From a virus: a stretch of 64,000 nt of DNA. Below are positions 20,559 through 31,155 of the stretch, in pieces. Under the pieces are notes generated by a model. The model did not search any database, had not been told where the DNA came from, and saw only the letters and a list, made by a program, of their open reading frames with translations. The DNA lies in IMG/VR virus record IMGVR_UViG_3300026097_001210, positions 13,010-77,009 of that record, one strand, 5' to 3'. The position numbers were made by a program, and so were the translations under genes. Position 1 is the stretch's first letter. Each line of letters opens with the position of its first letter.

Positions 20559-21005
20559 TTGTCAAAAATACCATTGCCCGAAAGGGGTCAGCCCCTAGAT
20601 GTTTCTTATATTTATCAAATTGCAAAAAGTATAAATGAGCTAGCAACGCAAGTTTCTGGATCGGCTAACAGATATAGCTCAATTGACACAGTTTCTTCTG
20701 GAACACAAAACATAAGAACAGCAGACTCAAGGATTGTCGGCGGGTACGTTACTGTAACCAACAACTCAACCACAAGCCCAGACGGCGAAGGAAGCTTCAG
20801 CTACAACTTTTCTGATTTTGTATATGCACCCGTAGTAACCGCCACCCCAATACTTATTGACGAAAACTCAACAGAGGCTGGTAAAGATGTTACAGTAGTT
20901 TTGACAAAAGTTTCAAATAACAGGGTTGAGGGCATTGTTCAGTTTAACACTATTGGTGTTGCATCGGTTGGTATTAACCTTATAATGGTTGGCGTCCCTG
21001 TCTAA
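20559..21005 (+). CDS. Minor tail/fibre protein
   Basis: TTG start with AGGAG RBS; beta-rich C-terminus. Confidence 0.45.
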   Translation: MSKIPLPERGQPLDVSYIYQIAKSINELATQVSGSANRYSSIDTVSSGTQNIRTADSRIVGGYVTVTNNSTTSPDGEGSFSYNFSDFVYAPVVTATPILIDENSTEAGKDVTVVLTKVSNNRVEGIVQFNTIGVASVGINLIMVGVPV

Positions 21006-21013
21006 GAGCCACT

Positions 21014-21535
21014 ATGGATAGAGAGGCATACAATACCGCACCCGTTGTTCCTGGCAATAAAAGTGTTTGGTTTTTAAACGGGGACTTAGTGAGAAAACAC
21101 CATTTTAGTAAGGCTAATGGAATAATGTCTGTTTATAACATTAACAAAGACAGAATTGAAAGCTGTTTCATTCATGACTTTAAAAAAAATAGAGAAAAGG
21201 CTTATACCGTTAAAGAAACAGCACAGCTTGTTGACAGGCATCACAAACATCTTTATAGGCTTATTCACCAAGGAGTAATACCGCCTCCTGTTGGTGCAAC
21301 AAAAAATGGAGAAAGAGCTTGGAGGATTAGAGCTTACTATTCAGCTACGGCAGTAAAAGAAATTCGTGATATACTCGCATCAAGGCACATGGGTAGAGAA
21401 AGAAAAGATGGTCTAATTACCAATAACTTAACTCCTACCGTTCAAGAGTTGAATCGTAGAATGGGTTCTGGTATACTGACTTATACGAGAACAGAAGACG
21501 GAAACTTTGTACCAGTTTGGTCAGAGAGTATTTAG
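21014..21535 (+). CDS. MerR-like HTH DNA-binding protein
   Basis: 'YTVKETAQLVDRHHKHLYRLIHQGVIPPP...RAYYS...EIRDI'. Confidence 0.6.
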   Translation: MDREAYNTAPVVPGNKSVWFLNGDLVRKHHFSKANGIMSVYNINKDRIESCFIHDFKKNREKAYTVKETAQLVDRHHKHLYRLIHQGVIPPPVGATKNGERAWRIRAYYSATAVKEIRDILASRHMGRERKDGLITNNLTPTVQELNRRMGSGILTYTRTEDGNFVPVWSESI

Positions 21536-21547
21536 AAAGGGTATGGG

Positions 21548-21751
21548 ATGGAAAACGAACAAACCAAAGTCAATGTGGCTTTGGGATACACATTAAACCT
21601 TGGCAATTTTCAATCGCTTCGAATCGATCTAGGAATCGAAGATTCTCGCAGAGATGGCGAAAACATTAGCGAGGCATTTGAAAGAGTCTACAGCTTTGTA
21701 GAGGAAAAGCTAACACAAAAAGTTCAGGAAGCTTCCAAGGAAATTAACTAG
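21548..21751 (+). CDS. Hypothetical protein
   Basis: ORF with RBS; 'YTLNLGNFQSLRIDLG'. Confidence 0.55.
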   Translation: MENEQTKVNVALGYTLNLGNFQSLRIDLGIEDSRRDGENISEAFERVYSFVEEKLTQKVQEASKEIN

Positions 21752-21753
21752 CA

Positions 21754-22062
21754 GTGGCTGATCGCAAGCAAAGAATGGCCCTGCTTTCCAGATACAGTAG
21801 ACTGTACAATATCAAGTACGGAACAAGGCCAGATCTGAACCTAAACAAAGAGCAGTGGTCGTCAGATGCCTTGGTAGATTCTTATGGGCTTACTGACTGC
21901 TATGACTTGCTTTCGTATTATTTTGAAACGGCTAATGCTCCCAGCTGGAACTATTTTGCATACAATGCCGACAAAATATTGGAAGCAAAAAAACAGCTTG
22001 AGGAAGACTTAAAAGAAAGAGAAGAGAGACGCAAGATGGCTAAGGAGTGGTTAAATGGCTAA
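21754..22062 (+). CDS. Hypothetical protein (possible helicase loader)
   Basis: Overlaps the helicase start; function inferred from position only. Confidence 0.4.
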   Translation: MADRKQRMALLSRYSRLYNIKYGTRPDLNLNKEQWSSDALVDSYGLTDCYDLLSYYFETANAPSWNYFAYNADKILEAKKQLEEDLKEREERRKMAKEWLNG

Positions 22063-23278
22063 CACGGAAGCAAAAGTTATTTCAGCAGTATTGGAAGATA
22101 AGCAAATTCATGTCTTGCTTCAAGCCAACGTAGACACTATTTTGCGCACACATAACGATGTGTGGGGATTTATTAGGTCTTATTTTGAACAAAACTCTTC
22201 TGTCCCACCGTCCTCACTGGTTGTTGAAAAGTTTAGAGACTTTCAACCCGTAGATGGGGTTGGTGCCACCAAACACCACCTTGAAGAGCTTCAGTCTGAA
22301 TATTTAAATGATAGTTTAAAAGAAATTTTAAGGTCCGCAGCGGCGGAGGTTCAGGGGGGCAGTGGAAGTAGTGCACTAGAAGACATCATTGGTCAAACAG
22401 CAGAGCTTAAAAAGAACACTTCTGCAATTAGGGATATCGATGTTACAGATTTAGATTCTGCCGTTGCTTACTTTGAAAATGTTAAAAAGCAACAGGAGGC
22501 AGGGGTATCTGGAATCAAAACGGGACTACCTGGATTTGACGGATACTTGCCAGCAGGCATTATGCCTGGTCAGCTTGGCGTTTTCTTGGCATATCCTGGC
22601 ATCGGAAAGTCTTGGCTATCTTTATATTTTGCCGTACAGGCGTGGAAGCAGGGAAGATCCCCGCTTGTTGTAAGTCTTGAAATGTCGGAAACAGAGGTTC
22701 GTAATCGTGTATTTACAATTATGGGTGAGGGGTTGTGGTCACATCGTAAGCTAAGCTCTGGCGAAGTAGAGCTGGACACATTAAAAATGTGGCATCAAAA
22801 ACATCTTCAGGGGAAACCAGAGTTTCACATTATTTCTAATGATACTGGTGGCGACATCACACCATCTGTGTTAAGAGGAAAAATTGATCAATACAAGCCA
22901 GACTTTGTTATTGTTGACTATTTACAGCTAATGAGCCCTAATCAAAAGTCTGATAACGAAACGGTAAGAATGAAAAACCTGTCTCGTGAACTAAAGCTAA
23001 TGGCTATTGCAGAAGAGGTGCCAATTATTGCTATTTCATCTGCAACACCAGATGATGTCACGAAACTGGAAACTGTTCCCACCTTGGGCCAGACGGCATG
23101 GTCTCGTCAAATCGCCTATGATGCCGACTGGGTGCTTGCTTTGGGCAGAGCAACCAATAGCGATGTGATAGAGTGTGTTTTTCGAAAAAACAGGCATGGC
23201 TTTATGGGTGAATTTATGGTTCAGGCTGATTTTGACAAGGGATACTATAGATACAAGGACGTAGAAGATTTAACATAA
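22055..23278 (+). CDS. dnaB: DnaB-like replicative helicase
   Basis: Walker A AYPGIGKS, SLEMS, IVDYLQLM, KNRHG. Confidence 0.93.
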   Translation: MANTEAKVISAVLEDKQIHVLLQANVDTILRTHNDVWGFIRSYFEQNSSVPPSSLVVEKFRDFQPVDGVGATKHHLEELQSEYLNDSLKEILRSAAAEVQGGSGSSALEDIIGQTAELKKNTSAIRDIDVTDLDSAVAYFENVKKQQEAGVSGIKTGLPGFDGYLPAGIMPGQLGVFLAYPGIGKSWLSLYFAVQAWKQGRSPLVVSLEMSETEVRNRVFTIMGEGLWSHRKLSSGEVELDTLKMWHQKHLQGKPEFHIISNDTGGDITPSVLRGKIDQYKPDFVIVDYLQLMSPNQKSDNETVRMKNLSRELKLMAIAEEVPIIAISSATPDDVTKLETVPTLGQTAWSRQIAYDADWVLALGRATNSDVIECVFRKNRHGFMGEFMVQADFDKGYYRYKDVEDLT

Positions 23279-23299
23279 AGTCCTAATATAATGTTGTGT

Positions 23300-23641
23300 A
23301 TGAAAATACATCACAAACCACTAAAAAGATTCGGACTTGATGGATCAATATATGATGACTCCGCCATTTGGAGACTTAAAATAGAATATATGAGATTAAT
23401 AATCTCTGAAATGCGTTTAAGTGGTTATGTGCCAAGACTTGATATTGCACCAGATTTTACGCTAGAATATAATGACAAGACAAAAGCATTTATTTTTGAA
23501 CTATCTTTATATGGAATACATGTTGGAAAGAGACAAAGCGAGTGGATATTCGGAATAAACGAAAGCCAAGTAATACCTATACATCAAAACAAATTGGAAG
23601 AGTACTTACGGGCAGCGGCCTCGATATACAATCAGAAGTAG
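23300..23641 (+). CDS. Hypothetical protein
   Basis: ORF; ATG 23300 lies 7 nt after TATAAT. Confidence 0.55.
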   Translation: MKIHHKPLKRFGLDGSIYDDSAIWRLKIEYMRLIISEMRLSGYVPRLDIAPDFTLEYNDKTKAFIFELSLYGIHVGKRQSEWIFGINESQVIPIHQNKLEEYLRAAASIYNQK

Positions 23642-24486
23642 ACTCTGATTACATTATTTTTTGCCCCTTTCATGCTAACAATCGTACCCCAGCGGGGGAG
23701 GTTGACAAAGTTAAGGGAACATTTTTCTGTTTTGCCTGTCACCATGTATGCGATTTAAACGAGCTTGTGATGCATCAAACCGGAAGAACATATTTTGAGG
23801 CAATTCGATTTATTAAAAGTAAAGAAACATCGTCTAGCCTTGAGTCAGAAATAAACGAAAGGCTTGTTGAAAAGCCAGATTACGTGCCATTTGATGAAAT
23901 ATTGGTTAAAAGATTAGCCGCCACAGCTTTGGAATCTCCACGGGCAAAGAGCTATTATCACGGTCGCAGAATTACAGAAGATTCTATGAAAAAGTTTGCT
24001 TTGGGCTACTCTGAAAAACAAGACATGGTAACTATTCCAGTTCACTCTCCAGAAGGAATGCTGATTGGTTTTGTCGGAAGGTCTGTCGAGGGAAAGGTTT
24101 TTAAAAATACCCCAGGGCTGCCAAAATCAAAAACAATGTTTAACCTGTTTAGAGTTAAGTCTTCTAAAGCTGTTTACGTTGTTGAGTCCTCATTTGATGC
24201 AATTAGGCTAGATCAGTGCGGATTTCCAGCGGTAGCAACATTAGGCTCAAATGTATCTAATCTTCAAGTAGACTTGCTAAAAAAATACTTCAATGATATT
24301 ATAGTCATTGCAGACAATGATGAGGCTGGAAACCATATGGTTAAGCGACTCAGTGAGAAGCTTACATCTAGGGTTTCTGTGATTCATTTAGAAAATAAAT
24401 ATAAAGATATAGGTGATATGGAAGACGAAGAAATTAAATCTCTGGGGTTTGACTTCTCAGATTCTATAGCATCAATACTAAAATAA
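23542..24486 (+). CDS. dnaG: DNA primase (CHC2 zinc finger + TOPRIM)
   Basis: CPFH...CFAC, VVESSFDA, DNDEAG, KDIGD. Confidence 0.9.
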   Translation: MDIRNKRKPSNTYTSKQIGRVLTGSGLDIQSEVDSDYIIFCPFHANNRTPAGEVDKVKGTFFCFACHHVCDLNELVMHQTGRTYFEAIRFIKSKETSSSLESEINERLVEKPDYVPFDEILVKRLAATALESPRAKSYYHGRRITEDSMKKFALGYSEKQDMVTIPVHSPEGMLIGFVGRSVEGKVFKNTPGLPKSKTMFNLFRVKSSKAVYVVESSFDAIRLDQCGFPAVATLGSNVSNLQVDLLKKYFNDIIVIADNDEAGNHMVKRLSEKLTSRVSVIHLENKYKDIGDMEDEEIKSLGFDFSDSIASILK

Positions 24487-24539
24487 AATACATAAATATA
24501 TAAATAAAATATCAATTAGAGTATAGGAGAAAATATATT

Positions 24540-25196
24540 ATGGGAGTAGTACAAGGACTAGCAAACATTAACGCATTGCTCGACAAGCCAAAGTATGATG
24601 CAGACAAGCCAAGGGTTCGTTGGCTTAAGCTTGCAGATGGTCAGTCTGTCAAGATTCGTTTTGTAGAAGAACTTGACGAAGATTCTGCTAACTATGATGC
24701 AGAGCGAGGGCTCTCTCTGGTGGTTAAAGAGCACACTAATCCAAAAGACTATCGTCGCAAGGCAGTAGACACTATGGACACTGAGGGTCGAGACTGGGCA
24801 GAAGAAATGCACAAGAAAGACCCCAAAGCTGGGTGGGGAGGACGACTTCGCTTTTACTGCAACGTACTTGTTGACGACGGCATCGATGAGCCATATGTTG
24901 CCATCTGGTCAATGGGTGTTGGCAAGCAGTCGCCATTCAACACTGTTCGTGACTATGCACTAGAAACGGGTAGTATCTCAAACCTTACTTGGAAGCTAAA
25001 AAGAAATGGAATGGGTACAGAAACAAACTATACTCTTATTCCAGTTGGCCCAGATAGTGAGCCATTCGATTGGAGCGGATTCAAGCCATACGATCTTAAT
25101 CTAGCTCTTAACCACGTGCCATACGCAGAGCAAGAAGCCTTTTACCTAGGCTTCGATAGCCCCTCTGTAACCTCCGCTTCAAACGTGGAGTGGTAA
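24540..25196 (+). CDS. Single-stranded DNA-binding protein (gp32-like)
   Basis: 'WLKLADGQSVKIRF...KLKRNGMGTETNYTL'; between primase and polymerase. Confidence 0.65.
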   Translation: MGVVQGLANINALLDKPKYDADKPRVRWLKLADGQSVKIRFVEELDEDSANYDAERGLSLVVKEHTNPKDYRRKAVDTMDTEGRDWAEEMHKKDPKAGWGGRLRFYCNVLVDDGIDEPYVAIWSMGVGKQSPFNTVRDYALETGSISNLTWKLKRNGMGTETNYTLIPVGPDSEPFDWSGFKPYDLNLALNHVPYAEQEAFYLGFDSPSVTSASNVEW

Positions 25197-25202
25197 TAAA
25201 AC

Positions 25203-28200
25203 ATGGCATATGTTGGCTTGCATGTACACACTCACTACTCACTCTTCGATGGAATCGCCACCCCTCAAGAGTATGTAGATAGAGCAGCTGAACTGGGTAT
25301 GAACGCTTTAGCGATTACAGACCACGGTTCTCTTTCTGGACACAGGGAGATGTATAGAGCTGCAGTGGAAAAGGGCATCAAGCCAATCCTTGGCGTGGAG
25401 GGCTATATAACCGAAGATAGGTTCGATCAACGAGATCGGGACAGTAGAGAAGGTCCACTAGACCTTGTCTATAACCATATAGTCCTCCTAGCCAAGAATC
25501 AAAAAGGTTTAGAAAATCTTAATAAACTTAACGAAGTTGCCTGGACAGAGGGATACTACAAGAAGCCACGTATCGACTACGAGGTTTTACAAAAGTATAA
25601 AGAAGGCCTTGTAGTTCTTTCTGGCTGCCTTAGTGGTGCGATTGCTAAGGCCATTGAGGCTGGCGAGCTAGCAGAAGCCAAAAGGCAAATTGAGTGGCAC
25701 AAAGAAGTATTTGGTGACGACTATTACATTGAGGTTATGCCACACAACCCCGCAGAAATGAATCATCAACTGCTAGCTCTTGCCGATGAGTTTGGCATTA
25801 AGGCTGTTGCTACTCCAGACTGCCACCACGCACACACGGGGCAGAAAGAAATACAAGAACTTAAACTAATTCTTAATACATACAGCAATAAGATTCAAAA
25901 AGATGCTACCTATCAAAAGTCTGTAAAATATGAAAACCTTAAAGATAGGTTAGATTATTTGTATGGTGAACGCGATATCAGCTTTGTCAATTTTGATATT
26001 CATTTGTTGTCTGATGACGAAATGAGGAGTCAGATGACAGCGCAGGGAATTGAAAGAGAAGACATCTACGAGCACTCTTTAGAAATTGCCAATAAAATTA
26101 AAGACTACAACATTCAAGATGGACTAGATCTGCTACCCGCACAGTATCAAAAGCCCGATGAAGAGCTTAAGTCTCTTGCCATCGAGGGACTGAAGGCGAG
26201 GGGGCTAGATGATAATGAAGAATATCTTAAAAGGTTAGACGAAGAAATGGAAGTTATTACTTCTAAAAAGTTTAGCCCCTACTTTCTTGTTGTTCGTAAT
26301 ATGATTAATTGGGCAAAGAAAGAGGGTATTCAGGTTGGCCCTGGTCGTGGCTCTTCTGCTGGCTCCCTGCTTTGCTATTCTTTGGGCATTACAGATATTG
26401 ACCCCATTAAGTATGGTTTGCTATTCTTTAGATTTATTAATCCAGAACGTAATGACTTTCCCGACATAGACACAGACATTCAAGACTCTCGTCGTGAAGA
26501 AGTTAAAGATTATCTTGTTAGACAATACCGTCACGTAGCTTCTATTGCCACCTTTCTTGAGTTTAAGGATAAGGGCGTTATTCGAGATATTGCAAGAGTT
26601 TTGCACATTCCCCTCACAGATGTGAATAAGGTTGGCAAACTTTTTGACACCTGGGACGAATACTGTACATCTAAATCAACTGCATGGTTTCGTGAAAAGT
26701 ACCCAGAAATTGAGCACTACGGAGATCAGCTTCGTGGACGTATCCGTGGAACTGGTATTCACGCTGCTGGCGTTGTCACATCTAAAGAGCCAATCTTTAG
26801 ACACGCACCAATGGAAACCAGAAAGGCTCCAGGATCTGGAGAGAGAATCCCAGTTGTCGGGGTAGACATGGAAGAGGCAGAGCGAATTGGCTTAATTAAG
26901 ATTGATGCCCTTGGCCTAAAAACTCTCAGTGTTTTACGCAATACGCTTGACATCATTAAAGAGCGTCATCGCAAAGAAGTAAACTTGTTAAAAGTTGATC
27001 TAGAAGATGAAAAAGTATTTGAAATGCTATCTAATGGTCACACTAAGGGTGTTTTTCAATGTGAGGCTACTCCATACACTAATTTGTTAATGAAAATGGG
27101 GGTACGTAATTTTGATGAGCTGGCAGCCTCGAACGCCCTTGTCCGACCTGGTGCCATGAATACTATTGGAAAAGATTACATTGAGCGCAAAAAGGGTAAG
27201 CAAGGTATCACCTATCTTCACGATGTAATGAAGCAATATACTTCAGATACCTATGGTTGCATTCTTTATCAAGAACAGGTTATGCAATCGTGTGTTGAGC
27301 TTGGCGGTATGTCAATGGCTGAAGCAGACAAAGTTCGTAAGATCATTGGTAAGAAAAAAGATGCAAAAGAGTTCGACGTCTTTAGGGATAAGTTTGTGAA
27401 TGGCGCATCTCAGTATATGAGCCCTAATCTTGCTAAGGATTTGTGGCACGATTTTGAGGCACACGCTGGTTATTCTTTTAACAAGTCTCACGCCGTGGCA
27501 TACTCTACGCTTTCTTACTGGACAGCATGGTTAAAGTATTACTACCCTCTCGAATTTATGTTTGCCATTCTTAAAAACGAAAAAGACAAGGATGCTAGAA
27601 CAGAGTATCTTATTGAGGCAAAGCGTATGGGCATCCCAATTAGGCTGCCACACGTTAATGATTCGGATGCAGACTTTAAAATTGAAGGAAAGGGTATTCG
27701 ATTTGGTTTAACCGCAATTAAATTTATTTCAGAAAATGCAGCAAGGGTAATTCTTAAACACAAGCCGTTCTCATCATTTAAACAATTAACGGAAGTTTTT
27801 GCTACAAAAGGAAACGGTGTTACTAAGCGACAGCTTGAATCTTTGCGAATTATTGGCGCTGCAACATTTGAAGATAACCCAAGAAATGAAGAGGAAATTA
27901 GAGAAAATTTGTATGAATATTTAAATTTGCCAGAGTTTAATGTTACTGTGCCTTCTCACTACCACGCTTTTATTAATTCAGTTGATGAGTTTGAAGAAAA
28001 GGGTTCCTTCGTTTTGATGGGTATGATAAAAAGCATAAAGAGGGGTAAGGGATGGTCTCGAATTGAAATATTGGATAAGACGGGTTCAGTTGGCATTTTT
28101 GATGAAGAGCAAACCAGCATTGAAAGTGGTAAGACCTATATACTTTTGGCTAGCGATAACAGGATTGTTTCTGCTATTCCTGCTGACGAGATAAGAAAAT

Positions 28201-28475
28201 CAGAAGCTGCGCTCATTAAATTTTTAAATTACAAAATGCTTCCATACAAGGAAGATGAGATGTATGTTGTTTCTTTTAAACCCAGAGTTACAAAGGCTGG
28301 AAAGAAGATGGCTACCCTGACCCTGGCAGATAGCGGTAGAGATCTGCACTCTGTGGTTGTTTTTCCAACCACCTTCGCTAAGGCTTATATGAAAATTCAA
28401 GAGGGTAACGCTTATAATTTTTCTTTTGGCAAAACAAAAGATGGAACGGTAATATTGGAGGATATAAATGTTTGA
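25203..28475 (+). CDS. dnaE: DNA polymerase III alpha subunit
   Basis: PHP HVHTHYS/TDHG, GPGRGSSAGS, PDIDTD, HAAG, FNKSHA, C-terminal OB folds. Confidence 0.96.
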   Translation: MAYVGLHVHTHYSLFDGIATPQEYVDRAAELGMNALAITDHGSLSGHREMYRAAVEKGIKPILGVEGYITEDRFDQRDRDSREGPLDLVYNHIVLLAKNQKGLENLNKLNEVAWTEGYYKKPRIDYEVLQKYKEGLVVLSGCLSGAIAKAIEAGELAEAKRQIEWHKEVFGDDYYIEVMPHNPAEMNHQLLALADEFGIKAVATPDCHHAHTGQKEIQELKLILNTYSNKIQKDATYQKSVKYENLKDRLDYLYGERDISFVNFDIHLLSDDEMRSQMTAQGIEREDIYEHSLEIANKIKDYNIQDGLDLLPAQYQKPDEELKSLAIEGLKARGLDDNEEYLKRLDEEMEVITSKKFSPYFLVVRNMINWAKKEGIQVGPGRGSSAGSLLCYSLGITDIDPIKYGLLFFRFINPERNDFPDIDTDIQDSRREEVKDYLVRQYRHVASIATFLEFKDKGVIRDIARVLHIPLTDVNKVGKLFDTWDEYCTSKSTAWFREKYPEIEHYGDQLRGRIRGTGIHAAGVVTSKEPIFRHAPMETRKAPGSGERIPVVGVDMEEAERIGLIKIDALGLKTLSVLRNTLDIIKERHRKEVNLLKVDLEDEKVFEMLSNGHTKGVFQCEATPYTNLLMKMGVRNFDELAASNALVRPGAMNTIGKDYIERKKGKQGITYLHDVMKQYTSDTYGCILYQEQVMQSCVELGGMSMAEADKVRKIIGKKKDAKEFDVFRDKFVNGASQYMSPNLAKDLWHDFEAHAGYSFNKSHAVAYSTLSYWTAWLKYYYPLEFMFAILKNEKDKDARTEYLIEAKRMGIPIRLPHVNDSDADFKIEGKGIRFGLTAIKFISENAARVILKHKPFSSFKQLTEVFATKGNGVTKRQLESLRIIGAATFEDNPRNEEEIRENLYEYLNLPEFNVTVPSHYHAFINSVDEFEEKGSFVLMGMIKSIKRGKGWSRIEILDKTGSVGIFDEEQTSIESGKTYILLASDNRIVSAIPADEIRKSEAALIKFLNYKMLPYKEDEMYVVSFKPRVTKAGKKMATLTLADSGRDLHSVVVFPTTFAKAYMKIQEGNAYNFSFGKTKDGTVILEDINV

Positions 28476-28785
28476 TGATTTAGCAACTAGATTGCATGAA
28501 ACAGCAATTTCTAAGGGTTTTTGGAATCACACTGTTGATGATATTTTTATTGCAAAGCAGTGCATGATGATTGTTTCAGAAGTTACAGAGGTTATGGAAG
28601 CTGTTCGTAAGGATAAGGGCAGCCAAGAAGTCGCAGAAGAGCTTGCAGATATTATTGTTCGCACGCTTGACCTTTGGAAGGGAATGTACGATAATGGATA
28701 TGTAGAACATTCGTTAGATGATGCATTAGAGCGCAAAGCAGAGCACAACAAAACCAGACCAGAAAAACACGGAGTGAGATTTTGA
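28468..28785 (+). CDS. MazG-like nucleotide pyrophosphohydrolase
   Basis: 'SEVTEVMEAVRK...EELADIIVRTLD'. Confidence 0.8.
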   Translation: MFDDLATRLHETAISKGFWNHTVDDIFIAKQCMMIVSEVTEVMEAVRKDKGSQEVAEELADIIVRTLDLWKGMYDNGYVEHSLDDALERKAEHNKTRPEKHGVRF

Positions 28786-29792
28786 TGACAACTATTGAAG
28801 AGGCAATTGCCAAGCTAGACCCTAAAATTCGTAAACAAATTGCAAGCGGTGAAGGAATTGAGATTGAACGCCAGCCCACTCCAAGTTTTGGGTTGAATAG
28901 AGCTTTGGGCGGTGGCTTTCCATATGGCAGACAGGTTCTTGTTTGGGGCAGCAAGTCAAGCGCAAAGTCTTCTGTTTGTCTGCAAACAATTGCAATGGCA
29001 CAAAAAGACGACAAGCTTTGTGCCTGGATTGATGCAGAAATGTCTTACTCAGAAGACTGGGCAAAAAGATTGGGGGTAGATACTGAAAAGCTAATTTATT
29101 CTCAAGCTAGAACCATCAATGAAATGGTAGATGTTAGTGTTGCACTAATGGAAGCTGGGGTGGATGTTATTGTTGTTGACAGTATCACCTCTCTTTTGCC
29201 AGCAATTTACTTTGAAAAAGGCACCCAAGATCTTAAGCAACTAGAAAACACAAAACAAATTGGTGCAGAGTCTAGAGACTTTAGCAATGCATGGAAAATG
29301 ATTAACTATGCAAATAACAAAGAAAAGCCAACTTTGTTTATTTTAATTTCTCAGTCAAGAAATAACATTAATGCTATGTATACTAGTCAACAACCTTCTG
29401 GTGGCCAGGCTACAAAGTTTTATTCTTCAACAGTAATTAAACTATTTTCTTCTGAGTCTGACAATCAAGCAATTAAAGGAAAAATTCCCGTGGGAGATAA
29501 GCTAATTGAAGAAAAGGTTGGCAGAAAGATTCGCTGGGAGGTTCAATTTTCTAAGACCTCTCCCGCTTTTCAATCAGGAGAGTACGATTTTTACTTTAGA
29601 GGTGAAAAGATTGGGGTAGATGGAATTGCTGATTTAGTTGATACCGCTGAAATGAGCGGCCTTGTAGAGCGCACAGGAGCCTGGTACCAGCTTGAAGATG
29701 GCACTAAAATTCAGGGTAGGGAAGCGTTTATTGACAAGGTTAGAGAAGACGAAACATTGCAACAAAAACTTGTGGATCAGCTAAATGCATAG
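28782..29792 (+). CDS. recA: RecA-like recombinase
   Basis: LGGGFPYGR, WIDAE, VVDSI, GGQATKFYSS, GAWY...QGRE. Confidence 0.9.
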   Translation: MMTTIEEAIAKLDPKIRKQIASGEGIEIERQPTPSFGLNRALGGGFPYGRQVLVWGSKSSAKSSVCLQTIAMAQKDDKLCAWIDAEMSYSEDWAKRLGVDTEKLIYSQARTINEMVDVSVALMEAGVDVIVVDSITSLLPAIYFEKGTQDLKQLENTKQIGAESRDFSNAWKMINYANNKEKPTLFILISQSRNNINAMYTSQQPSGGQATKFYSSTVIKLFSSESDNQAIKGKIPVGDKLIEEKVGRKIRWEVQFSKTSPAFQSGEYDFYFRGEKIGVDGIADLVDTAEMSGLVERTGAWYQLEDGTKIQGREAFIDKVREDETLQQKLVDQLNA

Positions 29793-29970
29793 ATATACGA
29801 TATACCACGGGAGCTTTGTGTGCCACACGTGTAAAATGCAGGTACCAACACTAAGATATTATGATTCAAATAAAAGACTAACCTGGATGTGTAAAAACAA
29901 ACATTTATCTGAGGTTAGTTTGCAAACAAAGAAAAGTAGAAAAGACTATGAGCGAACAGAGCGAAAGTAA
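29785..29970 (+). CDS. Small zinc-ribbon protein
   Basis: CHTC...CKNKH; overlaps both neighbours. Confidence 0.5.
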   Translation: MHRYTIYHGSFVCHTCKMQVPTLRYYDSNKRLTWMCKNKHLSEVSLQTKKSRKDYERTERK

Positions 29971-30232
29971 AAGAATTGGCGCAAAGTTACATAAGAACAG
30001 TGGTCGTAACACCAAAAAGGGCGACGCTAGTTGGGAAAATTTTGTAATTGATTTTAAAGAAGTAGGCAAAAGCTTTACTTTAAATAAAGACGTCTGGGCA
30101 AAGGCTGTAACCGACGCCTTGAAATCTAATGCCGATCCTGCTATAGTTGTAGTTATAGGAGAAACACAGAAAACAAGACTAGCAGTGATTGAGCTGTCGT
30201 TGCTAGAACAACTGCTAGAAGAGAGAGAATAA
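29948..30232 (+). CDS. PD-(D/E)XK Holliday junction resolvase-like protein
   Basis: 'SG...KGD...IDFK...SFTL...W.K'. Confidence 0.6.
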   Translation: MSEQSESKRIGAKLHKNSGRNTKKGDASWENFVIDFKEVGKSFTLNKDVWAKAVTDALKSNADPAIVVVIGETQKTRLAVIELSLLEQLLEERE

Positions 30233-30834
30233 TGAAAATCCTATTGTTAGATATTGAAACCACACCTATGAAAGTTTATACATGGGGACTGTGGGACCAG
30301 AACATTGGTATTAATCAAATTATTGAACACACTGAAATGATGTGCTTTGGTGCCAAGTGGCTAGGTAAAAAGCAAGTTACTTTTAAATCTGTGCATCATC
30401 ACGGAAAGAAAGAAATGCTAGAAACTCTGCACGATATGATGAATGAAGCAGATATTCTTGTGGGTTGGAACTCTGCCGCATTTGACCACAAGCATATTCG
30501 AAGGGAATTTCTTGAGGCAGGGCTGGCTCCTCCATCTGAAACTAAAGACCTTGACCTAATGAGTATTGTAAAGGCTAACTTCTTGTTTCCTTCTAACAAA
30601 CTTGACTATGTTGCACAAAAGCTTGGGGTAGGAGCTAAGGTAAAACATTCTGGCTTTCAGTTATGGATCGATTGTATGGAGGGCAAAGATAAAGCCTGGC
30701 GTGAAATGAAAAAGTATCAAATTCAAGACGTCCAGCTCCTTGACGATTTATACGAAAAACTACTGCCATGGCTCCCTGGAAAGGTTAGTGTGACTAGCCA
30801 ACAAAAGAAGGAAATGGCAGAGGTGGTACAATAG
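30232..30834 (+). CDS. DEDD/RNase H-fold 3'-5' exonuclease
   Basis: LDIET, GWNSAAFD, KLDYVA, Y..QDV. Confidence 0.8.
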   Translation: MKILLLDIETTPMKVYTWGLWDQNIGINQIIEHTEMMCFGAKWLGKKQVTFKSVHHHGKKEMLETLHDMMNEADILVGWNSAAFDHKHIRREFLEAGLAPPSETKDLDLMSIVKANFLFPSNKLDYVAQKLGVGAKVKHSGFQLWIDCMEGKDKAWREMKKYQIQDVQLLDDLYEKLLPWLPGKVSVTSQQKKEMAEVVQ

Positions 30835-30835
30835 A

Positions 30836-31150
30836 ATGGTGGAAAGCGCTGAAAACAAAACCACCATTGAAATGATTAATGGTTTATCTGAAATTGCAGA
30901 CTACATGCAAGATGAAGAGCTTAACGCAGCTTTAACAATGATTGCAAAATTAATTGTAAAGCCAGACATTCCAATTAACATTGCTACTCTGGAAATTGTT
31001 AGGCTGCAAGCCATAGCCGCTAAAATGAGCTTTAGGGCAACTTGGATGGCCAATGTTGAAAAGGGAGACAGGGCAAAAAAGAATATATATTTTACAGCAG
31101 CCTCTGCAGTAAATGAGCTGGTGGCCGCTCTTAAATATATTACCCGATAA
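30836..31150 (+). CDS. Hypothetical protein
   Basis: ORF preceded by TGG-TACAAT. Confidence 0.55.
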   Translation: MVESAENKTTIEMINGLSEIADYMQDEELNAALTMIAKLIVKPDIPINIATLEIVRLQAIAAKMSFRATWMANVEKGDRAKKNIYFTAASAVNELVAALKYITR

Positions 31151-31155
31151 AAAAT

